This document shows, piece after piece, positions 39,212 to 48,175 of a stretch of DNA of 64,000 bases (position 1 is the stretch's first letter; every line of letters begins with the position of its first letter). Made by a program: the position numbers and the translations under genes. The DNA is from Roseibium sp. (lineage in GTDB: Bacteria > Pseudomonadota > Alphaproteobacteria > Rhizobiales > Stappiaceae). The notes under the pieces are model-generated. The model made no database searches. It was given only the letters and a program-made list of their open reading frames with translations, and was not told the origin of the DNA. Location: positions 866,233 through 930,232 of the forward strand of contig OZ246005.1 in assembly GCA_965230445.1 (NCBI GenBank), in the 5' to 3' direction.

Positions 39212-39979
39212 TCACTGATTCCGGCTTCCCCTATGTGCCCAGCCGGTCATGCGCATTTCGAGGACGGCCATCAGCACATACATGCCGATGCCAAGGACGG
39301 CGAGGGCGACGAGGCCGGCCCAGACCAAAGGCACGTTGAACTGCGACTGGGCGGCCAGCATCATGTGGCCGAGACCGGAATTGGCGGCAACGTTTTCCGA
39401 TATCACCGAGCCGACAAAGGCCAGCGTGATGGCGATCTTAAGGGAGCCGAAGAAATAGGGCATGGAGCGCGGGATGCCGACCTTCAGCATGATGTCCATC
39501 TTCTTCGCACCGAGCGCGCGGAGCACGTCTTCCATCTCCGGTTCGATGGTGGCGATGCCAGTGGCGACATTGACCACGATCGGGAAGAAGGCGATCAGGA
39601 ACGCGGTCAGAACGGCGGGGATGTCGCCGATGCCGAACCAGATCACCAGGATCGGCACGACGGCGACTTTCGGGATCGAGTTGAAGCCGATCATCAGCGG
39701 ATAGAGCCCGGCATAGATGACCTTTGACCAGCCGATGGCCAGGCCGAGGACAAGGCCGCCGGCGACCGCCAGCCCGAAGCCAAGCACAGTGGTGAACAGT
39801 GTCTGGACCGAATTCTTCCAGATCGGTGACCAGTATTTGACAATTGCCTCGTAAATGTCGCTTGGCGCCGGAAGGATATAGACCGGCAGTTCGAACATGT
39901 GGACCGAGGCCTCCCAGAACAGGAACAGGCCGATGGTCCACAGCCAGGGGGCGGCGGCAATCCAGCGTTTTTCCGTCAT
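39212..39979 (-). CDS. ABC transporter permease (NitT/TauT family)
   Basis: 255 aa, 6 TM helices, EAA-like loop (EDVLRALGAKKMD). Confidence 0.85.
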   Translation of the reverse strand: MTEKRWIAAAPWLWTIGLFLFWEASVHMFELPVYILPAPSDIYEAIVKYWSPIWKNSVQTLFTTVLGFGLAVAGGLVLGLAIGWSKVIYAGLYPLMIGFNSIPKVAVVPILVIWFGIGDIPAVLTAFLIAFFPIVVNVATGIATIEPEMEDVLRALGAKKMDIMLKVGIPRSMPYFFGSLKIAITLAFVGSVISENVAANSGLGHMMLAAQSQFNVPLVWAGLVALAVLGIGMYVLMAVLEMRMTGWAHRGSRNQ

Positions 39980-40767
39980 GCGGCGGCCCTCGCATCGGCG
40001 ATCAGTTCACGCAGTTCATGGACGATATCGTTGAAGGCGGGCTCATAGGTCAGGTCGATGCTGCGCGGCCGCTCGAATTTGATCTGTTTTTCCTTGATAA
40101 TCCGCCCGGGCCGGGCGCTCATGACAAACACTCTGTCTGCCAGAAAGACGGCTTCGCGCAGGTCATGGGTGACCAGAATGACGGTGAAGTTCTTGTCTGC
40201 GTGGAGATCGCGCATCACCTGCCACAATTCCTCGCGGGTGAAGGCATCCAGCGCTCCGAAGGGTTCGTCCAGCATCAACAGGGCCGGATTGTGAATAAGC
40301 GCCCGGCACAAATTGGCGCGCTGCTGCATGCCGCCGGAGAGCTGCCAGGGATACTTCACCCCAAAGCCGGACAGGCCGACAAGGGATAAAAGATCTTCAG
40401 CTTCCTTGATATAGGCGGCTTTTTCCCGGCGCAGTTTCTTGCGGTGCGGCTGAACGATCTCCAGCGGCAGCATGATGTTGGAAAGCGTCGTGCGCCAGGG
40501 CAGAAGCGACGGATTCTGAAACGCCATGCCTGCAATCGATACCGGACCTGCTACCTCGTGTCCGGCAACCTCGATTGTCCCCGACTGCGGGGCAATCAGC
40601 CCGGTTGCCAGTTTCATGAGCGAAGATTTTCCGCACCCGGACGGGCCGACGACGGCAGCGAACTCGCCGGAGTTTATGGACATCGACAGGCCGTCAACAG
40701 CCAGCGTGCCGCTGCCCTCTTCGCCATAGGTCAGGCGGACATCTCTTAGATCGACAAATCCGTGCAA
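39976..40767 (-). CDS. ABC transporter ATP-binding protein (NitT/TauT family)
   Basis: GPSGCGKSS, LSGGMQQR and LMLDEPFGALD motifs. Confidence 0.9.
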   Translation of the reverse strand: MHGFVDLRDVRLTYGEEGSGTLAVDGLSMSINSGEFAAVVGPSGCGKSSLMKLATGLIAPQSGTIEVAGHEVAGPVSIAGMAFQNPSLLPWRTTLSNIMLPLEIVQPHRKKLRREKAAYIKEAEDLLSLVGLSGFGVKYPWQLSGGMQQRANLCRALIHNPALLMLDEPFGALDAFTREELWQVMRDLHADKNFTVILVTHDLREAVFLADRVFVMSARPGRIIKEKQIKFERPRSIDLTYEPAFNDIVHELRELIADARAAA

Positions 40768-40853
40768 GGGAGCATCCGTTCAAAAAGGCTCCCGCGAGCC
40801 GCCGCATCGGCCCGCGGGAGTACCGGTGAGAAGAGTGGGCCTCGCTTAGATGG

Positions 40854-41864
40854 TTATTTCACCATCCGCTCTTCGACCGGCGGCAGATAGCTGGCATCGA
40901 AGATTTTTTCCGGTGCAGGGGGCGTATCGCTGACGCCCATGGAGGTCTGCAGGAATTCCAGCGACTTGGCGAGCTTGTCCATGTCGACACCACCAAAGCC
41001 GTTGGCCTTTACCGCCGGTGTGGCGATGGAACCCTCGACAGCCATGGTCAGGCGGTCGATCTCAACCGCTTCGTCGAGGATCTCGTTACGCTTCATGACA
41101 TAGGCAATGGCCGCTGCCGGGTCGGCGATGGCATCCAGATAGCCCTTGACCAAGGCCTTTACGACGCCCTTGACCGCATCCGGATTTTCAGCGGCGAAAT
41201 CGGTGTTGACGATGACGACGTTGCCGTAGAGATCAAGGCCGTGCTCGCCCATCAGGATCAGCGAGATGTCGTCTTCCGGGACGCCCTGTGCCTTGAGGTT
41301 CAGGACGGAGGAAAACGAATAGCCGAAGATCGCGTCGACTTGGCCCTGTGCCAGCATTGGCTCGCGTACGGGGAAGCCGACACTCTCAATTGTGATGCCG
41401 GAGGTGTCGAGACCGGCGACATCGACAAAGGCCGGCCACTGGCCGAAGGCGGCATCGGGCGGCGGGGCACCGAGGGTCTTGCCTTCCAGGGTCTTCGGAT
41501 CGGTGGTGACACCCTGGCTGGCCCGGCCAATCACCGCGAAAGGCGGCGTTTCATAGGCCATCATCACAGAGGTGACTTTCAGATCCGGCTGCTCGTCCAT
41601 CAGCTTGATCAGCGCGTTGATATCGCCGAATCCCATCTGGTAGGCGCCGGTGGCAACCCGCGGGATCGATTCGCGCGATCCGGCACCGCTGTCGATGGTG
41701 ACGTTCACACCCTCATCGGCGAAATACCCCTTGTCGAGCGCGATGAAGAAGGGTGCGGACGGGCCCTCGAATTTCCAGTCCAGCGTGAACTTGACGTCCG
41801 TTGCGGCAAATGCCCCGGACACGGAGGCGGCAAGCGCCAGAGCCATAGCTGTGAGACGACGCAT
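40854..41864 (-). CDS. ABC transporter substrate-binding protein (NMT1/THI5-like)
   Basis: Start set at the ATG at 41864 (signal peptide MRRLTAMALALAASVSGAFA; upstream GAGGGA). The listed ORF extends to 42119 through non-coding-looking sequence. Confidence 0.8.
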   Translation of the reverse strand: MRRLTAMALALAASVSGAFAATDVKFTLDWKFEGPSAPFFIALDKGYFADEGVNVTIDSGAGSRESIPRVATGAYQMGFGDINALIKLMDEQPDLKVTSVMMAYETPPFAVIGRASQGVTTDPKTLEGKTLGAPPPDAAFGQWPAFVDVAGLDTSGITIESVGFPVREPMLAQGQVDAIFGYSFSSVLNLKAQGVPEDDISLILMGEHGLDLYGNVVIVNTDFAAENPDAVKGVVKALVKGYLDAIADPAAAIAYVMKRNEILDEAVEIDRLTMAVEGSIATPAVKANGFGGVDMDKLAKSLEFLQTSMGVSDTPPAPEKIFDASYLPPVEERMVK

Positions 41865-42117
41865 GGTTATTCCCTCTGGTTCAGTGTTGTTTCGCTGGAT
41901 CTTGAAAGCACCCTGATTAAAACGCAAGCAGTCAAAAATAGCGATTAAGAACTGGGCGGGTTGCTGCCTGCCGATTGCGCAGTGCGGCTGTTTTGTCATG
42001 AGAGCATTGAAGCTATTGACCAATTTGCAAAGAAGAGCGGCTGCGGCGGTGTTTTTTTTCCTGATTGGACAAAAAACAGCGCTGACGCTGACGTAAATTC
42101 GGGCACTTCGCTGGCTC

Positions 42118-42145
42118 ATACCAACCCCAGTTGATTAGAACCTAT
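42118..42145 (-). repeat. Copy 2 of the short motif family (inverted orientation)
   Basis: ATACCAACCCCAGTTGATTAGAACCTAT is the reverse complement of ATAGGTTCTAATCAACTGGGGTTGGTAT. Confidence 0.75.
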
Positions 42146-42171
42146 TTGATGGAGCGAAAATTCGTTCCCGG

Positions 42172-42444
42172 CTAGGGCCTGTGGGGATTTAGGATTTGGA
42201 TCGCGGTATCGATGAAAATCGTTCGGGTCGAGAAGCAATGTCGCTGGAAAGGTCATTCCTTTTCAAGACTTTGCGCCGTGGAACCGGGCGATTTTCATCA
42301 TATCCCTTGCGGGACGCGGCGCTTTTGGCCCCGGATGGCGTCAGAGAGCCCTTATGGAGGTTACTCCATGGCAGTCTCTCTTCCTGATCCGCAGCCAAAA
42401 GCGTCTCGCGCCGCGACCGAAACCTAATTCCCCACAGGCCCTAG
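42172..42444 (+). mobile_element. MITE-like element, copy C (internally deleted, about 273 bp)
   Basis: Both TIRs and CTAG flanks are intact. About 100 bp (the central ACCACTTAGCGC...GCGCCAAGTGGT hairpin region) is missing relative to copies A, B and E. Confidence 0.8.
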
Positions 42445-42621
42445 GCGATGCGGGCAGTGCGGCCTTTACGGCCGGGCAAGCGCAGCAACGACGCCGGGGA
42501 CGAATTTTCGCCCACCAAAGGCGTGCTTTTCCTGTCCTGCGGACAGCGTCATGCTTTTTGAACGATACCCCGCATCGTCCTGCAAACCATTCCTAGCCGA
42601 AGAAAAGGAGAAACGCGTCAG

Positions 42622-42649
42622 ATAGGTTCTAGTCAACTGGGCTTGGTAT
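42622..42649 (+). repeat. Copy 4 of the short motif family (2 mismatches)
   Basis: ATAGGTTCTAGTCAACTGGGCTTGGTAT forms an inverted pair with copy 2. It is followed by CAGTTGACT, which pairs with AGTCAACTG inside the motif. Confidence 0.7.
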
Positions 42650-42776
42650 CAGTTGACTGATTGGCACCCGGGGCGCTTGAAAGTGTACACCCGCCTTCTA
42701 CGCCGTGGATAAGGCTGGTCCCGGGGCCGGCTCTCATGCGATAACCACGAGACATCGGCTTGAATGACGGAACCCC

Positions 42777-44135
42777 ATGTTCGACCTCAACTATACACGG
42801 CGCCTCAGTGGCGATCTCGACCGTTGGGTCGCCAAGGGCTGGGTGAGCGCGGAAGGCGCGGACAACATTCGCGCCGAGCAGGACGAGGGGGATGGCAAGT
42901 CCCACCTGCCACTGGTGCTGGGCGGGATAGGGGTGGTCTGTGTGGCCCTCGCGGTGATCGCGTTCATTGCGGCGAACTGGGATGGTATTCCGAAAATCGC
43001 CAAGCTTGTCGGAATTGTGGTTCTGGTCGTCGCCAGCCATTTGCTCGCCGCCTACACATATCGCCGCGAAATGAAGGCCATTGCGGATCTTGCGACTGCA
43101 TTTGCGACGCTGGTATTTGTCGGCGGTATGGCGCTGGTCGGGCAGATTTTCCATTTGCCGCAGGACTGGGCGGGAGGTGCCTTTCTGATCGCGCTTGGCG
43201 GCTTGGCCGCCGCGTGGATCACCGGGTCCCGCACGGCTCTGATTGTCGCTGCGGTTGCCGTCATCTCCTGGCAGTTCAATCGGCCGGATCTGGACGGTGG
43301 CGGGATCACGGCAGGCCTTGTCAGTCTGGCGTTGCTTGCGGCCGTCTTTGCGCATCCGGTGGTTTTTCCGGCCTTTGCGGCGCGCTGGGCGGCGATTGCC
43401 GTTCTGCTGGCGACCTATGGGCGCTGGCTGATCGAGGCCACCGGTACGATAGTCAGCCACCGCGCCGGGGATCCGGTCGAATTGGTGCTGCAAGGCGCCG
43501 CCGGGTTTGCACTCTCGTTATTCTTGATTGGACCGGTTCTGGAACTCTGGGTGAAGTGGTGCGGAGACCGGCCTGCAAAGCCAGCCGGTCTTTGGGCAAT
43601 GCTCGCCGGATTGCGGGATCTCGGGTTTGTTGCCCTTTGCTGGCTGGGCTTTTTCGCGCTTGTGTTTTCGGGCGAATATGGCGAACCCGGCCTCCCGTCT
43701 GGATGGCTCGCCGCGCCTGCCTTTTTACCGATTGCCCTGGCTGCGGTTTTGGCCCTTTCCGGAGCGGTCATGGCCTTCAAGTCGCCCAAATACCAGATGC
43801 TGGTTGGCGCTGGAACGCTAGCGGGGATTGCTTCCCTTCTGCCGACTTTGACCGACAATATCCTTGCGCTTTGTGCGTTCAGCCTGGCGGCCTTGGTCGG
43901 ACTGTGCGCCCTGGCGGCCTGGTTCGGCAACCGGCTGTGGACGGTGGTTTCCTATCTCGCGCTCACCGCTGCTGTCCTTTGGCTGCTTGAGGTGACCATC
44001 GGATCTCTGCTCGGCCAATCCGTGTTCTTCCTCGTGGCCGGACTACTCCTGCTCGCCATGGCCTGGTGGGTGGTACGCTTGCTGCGCAAAGGCGCGCGCC
44101 CGGCTCAAACAGCTAGCGGAGAGGCTGAGTCATGA
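42777..44135 (+). CDS. DUF2157-like polytopic membrane protein
   Basis: Soluble N-terminal segment (LDRWVAKGWVSAEGADNIRAE) followed by about 11 TM helices. Translationally coupled to the GDYXXLXY gene. Confidence 0.6.
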   Translation: MFDLNYTRRLSGDLDRWVAKGWVSAEGADNIRAEQDEGDGKSHLPLVLGGIGVVCVALAVIAFIAANWDGIPKIAKLVGIVVLVVASHLLAAYTYRREMKAIADLATAFATLVFVGGMALVGQIFHLPQDWAGGAFLIALGGLAAAWITGSRTALIVAAVAVISWQFNRPDLDGGGITAGLVSLALLAAVFAHPVVFPAFAARWAAIAVLLATYGRWLIEATGTIVSHRAGDPVELVLQGAAGFALSLFLIGPVLELWVKWCGDRPAKPAGLWAMLAGLRDLGFVALCWLGFFALVFSGEYGEPGLPSGWLAAPAFLPIALAAVLALSGAVMAFKSPKYQMLVGAGTLAGIASLLPTLTDNILALCAFSLAALVGLCALAAWFGNRLWTVVSYLALTAAVLWLLEVTIGSLLGQSVFFLVAGLLLLAMAWWVVRLLRKGARPAQTASGEAES

Positions 44136-44722
44136 GCCAGACCGATGCGACTTTGATTGGCTCGGAGAATTCCGGCAGCGGCCTGTTCGGCTCGCCTTAT
44201 ATCCGCTGGGGCCTGCTCGCACTGATACAACTCGCCCTGATCGCCATCCCGATTGCGGATCGTTTGTACGTTCAGGTGACGGGAGAGGAAGTGACCTTGG
44301 CGCTGGCACCTGTCGATCCGCGCGATCTGTTGCGCGGCGATTATGTGATCCTCAATCTGTCCTTGCACACCCTGCCACGGGATTTGCCGGGCGCGGGTGC
44401 CGATATTGTCGAGGGTGAAACCGTCTATGTGCGTCTTCAGGCCGATGACGACGGCATCGCCCGTCCGGCGGAGGTCGCAAGGGAGCGGTCTGCCTTAAAT
44501 GGAACTGTCATTGAAGCGGCGGTTGAACGTGTGGAGGAGACCATCCTCCGGATCAATACCGGCATGGACGCCTTTTTCGTCCAGGAGGGCGACGGCAAGG
44601 AAGTCGAGCGGATCATGGGAGACCGGGTCAAACTGATTGCGGCGATAGCAAGTGATGGCCGGTCCCTTCCTTTGCAACTGCTCATCGACGGGAAAGTCTT
44701 CAAATCCGATGGCGCCCTTTGA
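44132..44722 (+). CDS. GDYXXLXY-domain protein
   Basis: N-terminal TM helix, then PVDPRDLLRGDYVILNL (GDYxxLx motif). Overlaps the upstream stop by 4 bp. Confidence 0.7.
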   Translation: MSQTDATLIGSENSGSGLFGSPYIRWGLLALIQLALIAIPIADRLYVQVTGEEVTLALAPVDPRDLLRGDYVILNLSLHTLPRDLPGAGADIVEGETVYVRLQADDDGIARPAEVARERSALNGTVIEAAVERVEETILRINTGMDAFFVQEGDGKEVERIMGDRVKLIAAIASDGRSLPLQLLIDGKVFKSDGAL

Positions 44723-44776
44723 CGGCCACAGGCATCAAGGATATGAGCGCGGAACGTCAATCGCAACAGTGTCTCC

Positions 44777-45829
44777 ATGTCTGATCCCGCCCAGCAAACG
44801 CTTGTTTATCCGATCCGGTCCGGCGAATTCGAAATAGCGCCCGGCAGCCGGGTGCTGCTGATCCGTGGGCGGGTGGATCCGGTGCTTACGGATCTCGGAC
44901 GTTTCGATCTGACAATCGAGCAGAGCTTTGCCCCGGATCGTGACGCGCTTGAGCGTTCTGGCCATCTTGTGGTGGCCGAGGCGACGGATACCGGTTACGA
45001 CTGCGTTCTGGTTCTCACCTCGCGCCAGCGCCAGGAAGCCAGGGCACAATTGGCCCGCGCTGTGACACTGATACGCCCTGGCGGGATCGTCGCAGCGGCC
45101 GCTCCAAATGCGGAAGGCGGCAAGACCATGGCGGCGGATTTTGCCGCACTCCTAAACGGGACCGATGGTCTTTCCAAAAACAAGTGCCGCGTGGTGTGGG
45201 CGAAGGTTGAAGCCGGAGGAACCGGCGAAACCCTTCTGCACGAGTGGCTCGCACTTGATGCGCCGCGCCCGGTTCTGGATGGGACCTTTGTCAGCCGCCC
45301 CGGCCTGTTCGCATGGGACCGGATTGACCCCGGATCGAAACTTCTTGCAGAGCACGTGCCGGCGACACTTTCGGGAAAGGGCGCGGATCTTGGCGCCGGG
45401 TTCGGCTATCTGTCCCGCCAGGTTCTGGAACGGGCGGCCAAAGTCGCGGCCATGGATCTTTATGAAGCCGAAAAGCGCGCGCTGGATCTGGCGGAACAGA
45501 ACCTTCAAGTCTTCAAAGGCCGGAGACAGCTCACCGGCATCTGGTCAGACGTCACCAAGGGCATAGACGGGCCATACGATTTCATCGTCTCCAATCCGCC
45601 GTTTCACCAGTCGGGCCGGGCGGGGCGCACCGATATCGGCATTCAGTTCATTGAAACTGCGGCGAAGGGACTGAGGGGCGGTGGTGTCTTCTTTCTGGTT
45701 GCCAACCGGCACCTTCCCTATGAGCGGACACTGAACGAGGTGTTTGCCGAGGTGGATGTTCTGGCGGATGAAGGCGGTTACAAGGTCGTCCGGGCCGTAA
45801 AGGCATCGGGAAAACACAAGGGCCGATGA
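44777..45829 (+). CDS. Class I SAM-dependent methyltransferase, RsmC/RlmG-like rRNA (guanine-N2) type
   Basis: Duplicated MTase-like architecture. GADLGAGFGY (motif I) and VSNPPFH (the N-methylation NPPF motif). Confidence 0.7.
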   Translation: MSDPAQQTLVYPIRSGEFEIAPGSRVLLIRGRVDPVLTDLGRFDLTIEQSFAPDRDALERSGHLVVAEATDTGYDCVLVLTSRQRQEARAQLARAVTLIRPGGIVAAAAPNAEGGKTMAADFAALLNGTDGLSKNKCRVVWAKVEAGGTGETLLHEWLALDAPRPVLDGTFVSRPGLFAWDRIDPGSKLLAEHVPATLSGKGADLGAGFGYLSRQVLERAAKVAAMDLYEAEKRALDLAEQNLQVFKGRRQLTGIWSDVTKGIDGPYDFIVSNPPFHQSGRAGRTDIGIQFIETAAKGLRGGGVFFLVANRHLPYERTLNEVFAEVDVLADEGGYKVVRAVKASGKHKGR

Positions 45830-45830
45830 C

Positions 45831-46556
45831 ATGCATCTGGTGAAACTGCTTGCCAATCTCGGCTATGGCAGCCGCAAGGAAATGCAGCTTGCCATCCGCA
45901 ACGGCTGGGCGACCGACAAGGACGGCAACCGGCTGAAGGCCGACAGCCGCCTGCCACATGAGGACATCCTGTTTGACGATGAGCCGCTGGACCCGGCACA
46001 GGGCATGGTGCTCCTGATGCACAAACCGGCCGGCTATACCTGTTCGGTCAAGGATCAGGGGCGGTTGGTCTATGATCTTCTGCCCGGCCGCTACCGGCTC
46101 CGCAAACCGGCCTTGTCGACCATCGGACGGCTGGACAAGGAAACCTCCGGAGCCCTGCTGTTCACCGATGACGGAACGTTTCTCCACAAGGTGATCAGCC
46201 CGAAGGCCAATGTGCCGAAGGTCTATGAGGTCACGCTTGACCGGCCGCTGACCGGCTCGGAGAAAGATCTGTTTGCGTCCGGGGAAATGATGCTGGAGAG
46301 CGAGACCAAGCCGCTAAAACCAGCGGATTTGGAGGTTCTCGGCGCGTGCCGCGCCAGAGTGACGCTTCACGAAGGCCGCTATCATCAGGTTCGCCGCATG
46401 TTCGCCGCGACCGGCAATCACGTCAGCGAATTGAGCCGCTCCCGTATCGGCGCCCTCGGTGTCGGCGAGCTTGCCGAGGGCGAATGGAAACTGCTTTCAG
46501 AGCCTGAGAAGTCTCTGATTTTCGATTTAGGCGTGCGCCCGTCCGCGCAGGATTGA
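45831..46556 (+). CDS. RsuA/RluB-family rRNA pseudouridine synthase
   Basis: N-terminal S4-like domain. Catalytic GRLDKETSG motif, and YHQVRRMF. Confidence 0.85.
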   Translation: MHLVKLLANLGYGSRKEMQLAIRNGWATDKDGNRLKADSRLPHEDILFDDEPLDPAQGMVLLMHKPAGYTCSVKDQGRLVYDLLPGRYRLRKPALSTIGRLDKETSGALLFTDDGTFLHKVISPKANVPKVYEVTLDRPLTGSEKDLFASGEMMLESETKPLKPADLEVLGACRARVTLHEGRYHQVRRMFAATGNHVSELSRSRIGALGVGELAEGEWKLLSEPEKSLIFDLGVRPSAQD

Positions 46557-46590
46557 AGACCTGACGCGGAAGGGCATTGTTGGTTGGTTC

Positions 46591-47709
46591 TCAGCCCGTT
46601 TTCCGGCTCAGAACCCGGATACGGCTGTCGAATTCGCCGCGGTCGACATAGCAGCCGCGCAGGTGCCGGAAGCCGGTGTTCGGGTCGAAGGCCGCGCGCC
46701 CGTGCATGACACGGCGATTGTCGAAGATCACCATCTCGCCGCCTTCCAGCCGCGTGGTCAGGACGTATTTTTCCGACCGGGTCATCTGCATGATCTTGCG
46801 GTAGGCGCGGTAGTAAGCCTCCATTTTCGCCACCGGAAGATCGAATACACCGGCCAGATGGGCATTGAAATGCAACTCGTGCAGGCGTCCGAACAGGTCA
46901 AGATCGATGACCGTGTGGTGACGGCGGATGTCGTAATCCTCGTCCTGGAAGCGGAACGGCACCGGGGTTTCGCTGAGCAGTTTGAAAGCTTCCGGATCTT
47001 CCGCCCGGAGGTCTTCGGCAATGGCGAACCCGTCGCAGAAGGTCGAGCCGCCGCCTTCTGCCTCGTTGGCAAGGCAATGCAGGAACTGGAAGCCGGGCGG
47101 CAGTTCCTGGTTGGCCAGATCCGTGTGCAGCGGCAGCGCGTGGGAGGTATAGGCCAGATTGTTCGGGTTCGGTTTCGACATGACCTCGAAGGTGACACCG
47201 AAATTGGTCTCGCGCAGGAAGCCGATCTTGCGGGCGATCGCCATTCCGGCATCCTTGTCGTCGGCCATGCCATCGACGATCGAGAGCCCGGTTTTCTTGG
47301 TCTCGATCAGGAACGCCAGAAGCGCGTCGTCAGAGGTCATCAGATCCGCTGCGGCGGCGCGCGGGATTGAGGCTGCGGGCAGATTTCCGCGCCAGGTTAC
47401 CGGTTCGATCCGGGCCGGGTCGGAGAGGCCGCTGCCGGGAAGGTGGGCGGCGAGCCAGTCAGGATCGAAACGGCTGGTATGGCTTTCATCATTCCAGCGC
47501 AGAACAATCTGGCCGTCTTCCAGGGCCGCGTCGGCAATGCCGAGGCTTTCGGAAATGCTGGTCAAGTCGAACTCGCGCTCCCGGGTCTGCGGATGAAAGC
47601 CGCTTGGGCAATTGTCGCGCAGCCAGAGATACGGGAAGTCCGCCTCCGCGCCGTTGGAAAAGGCAACGTGAAGCACGCGGTCGTCGCCGCGCAAGGTGAG
47701 CGTAGTCAT
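46591..47709 (-). CDS. Gamma-butyrobetaine hydroxylase-like Fe(II)/2-oxoglutarate dioxygenase (DUF971 plus TauD/TfdA fold)
   Basis: DFPYLWLRDNCP (N-terminal DUF971-type) and an H-x-D...H facial triad region (LPLHTDL ... VMHGR). Start set at the ATG at 47709. Confidence 0.8.
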   Translation of the reverse strand: MTTLTLRGDDRVLHVAFSNGAEADFPYLWLRDNCPSGFHPQTREREFDLTSISESLGIADAALEDGQIVLRWNDESHTSRFDPDWLAAHLPGSGLSDPARIEPVTWRGNLPAASIPRAAAADLMTSDDALLAFLIETKKTGLSIVDGMADDKDAGMAIARKIGFLRETNFGVTFEVMSKPNPNNLAYTSHALPLHTDLANQELPPGFQFLHCLANEAEGGGSTFCDGFAIAEDLRAEDPEAFKLLSETPVPFRFQDEDYDIRRHHTVIDLDLFGRLHELHFNAHLAGVFDLPVAKMEAYYRAYRKIMQMTRSEKYVLTTRLEGGEMVIFDNRRVMHGRAAFDPNTGFRHLRGCYVDRGEFDSRIRVLSRKTG

Positions 47710-47794
47710 CGGTAGTCCATATAGTCGATAAGATTTGAAACGGGCGTATAAACGCACCCGGCGGTCGTCAAAGCGTTGTCGAGGAAACCTGACT

Positions 47795-47888
47795 CACTTA
47801 GCGCTATCCGAAATCAAAGATTTCAACGCGTTAAACGATGTCTTGCGGTTCAAGCCGAAACCGAAACCTAATTCCCCACAGGCCCTAG
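47795..47888 (+). mobile_element. MITE-like element, copy D (5'-truncated and internally deleted remnant)
   Basis: CACTTAGCGCTATCCGAAATCAAAGATTTCAACGCG (central hairpin segment) is joined to ...CCGAAACCTAATTCCCCACAGGCC-CTAG (right TIR). Confidence 0.7.
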
Positions 47889-48150
47889 GCCGCGCCTACG
47901 GGCGGCGGCCACCACCAATGGGCCTTGCAATGGGGAATACCGGGCATCCGCCCAGGCGAAGCAAGCATGTTCTGTCTATCCTGAAAGGTTTACGGCCGAT
48001 GTTTCCCTGTGTGAGAGCATCAAGCATGCCGAACTCATCGCATAGTGCCTTGTCTGCGACAATACGCCATTCCGGTATATTCCGAAAGCGGAGTTGACCG
48101 GCAAACCGGGCGTCTGCGTGAACAAAAAGTGAGCTGGTGGAGACAAGGAC

Positions 48151-48175
48151 GAGGTTCTAATCAACTGGGGTTGGT
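48151..48175 (+). repeat. Copy 3 of the short motif family, interrupted by the IS110-family element
   Basis: GAGGTTCTAATCAACTGGGGTTGGT stops at the IS boundary. The motif's continuation (TATG...) reappears directly after the other IS end at 49558. Confidence 0.75.

Noticed and set aside
41865-42117. Possible TPP (THI-box) riboswitch upstream of the NMT1/THI5-like binding-protein gene
   Set aside because: I could not find the conserved CTGAGA and ACCTGATCTGGATAATGCCAGCG-type elements on the minus strand. Only a weak GGGTGC...CCAGCG resemblance is present.
42764-43990. 408-aa ORF in an alternative plus-strand frame
   Set aside because: It overlaps the DUF2157-like gene. Its translation is Arg/Gly/Cys-rich with no TM or domain logic, whereas the 42777 frame gives coherent TM helices and couples to the downstream gene.
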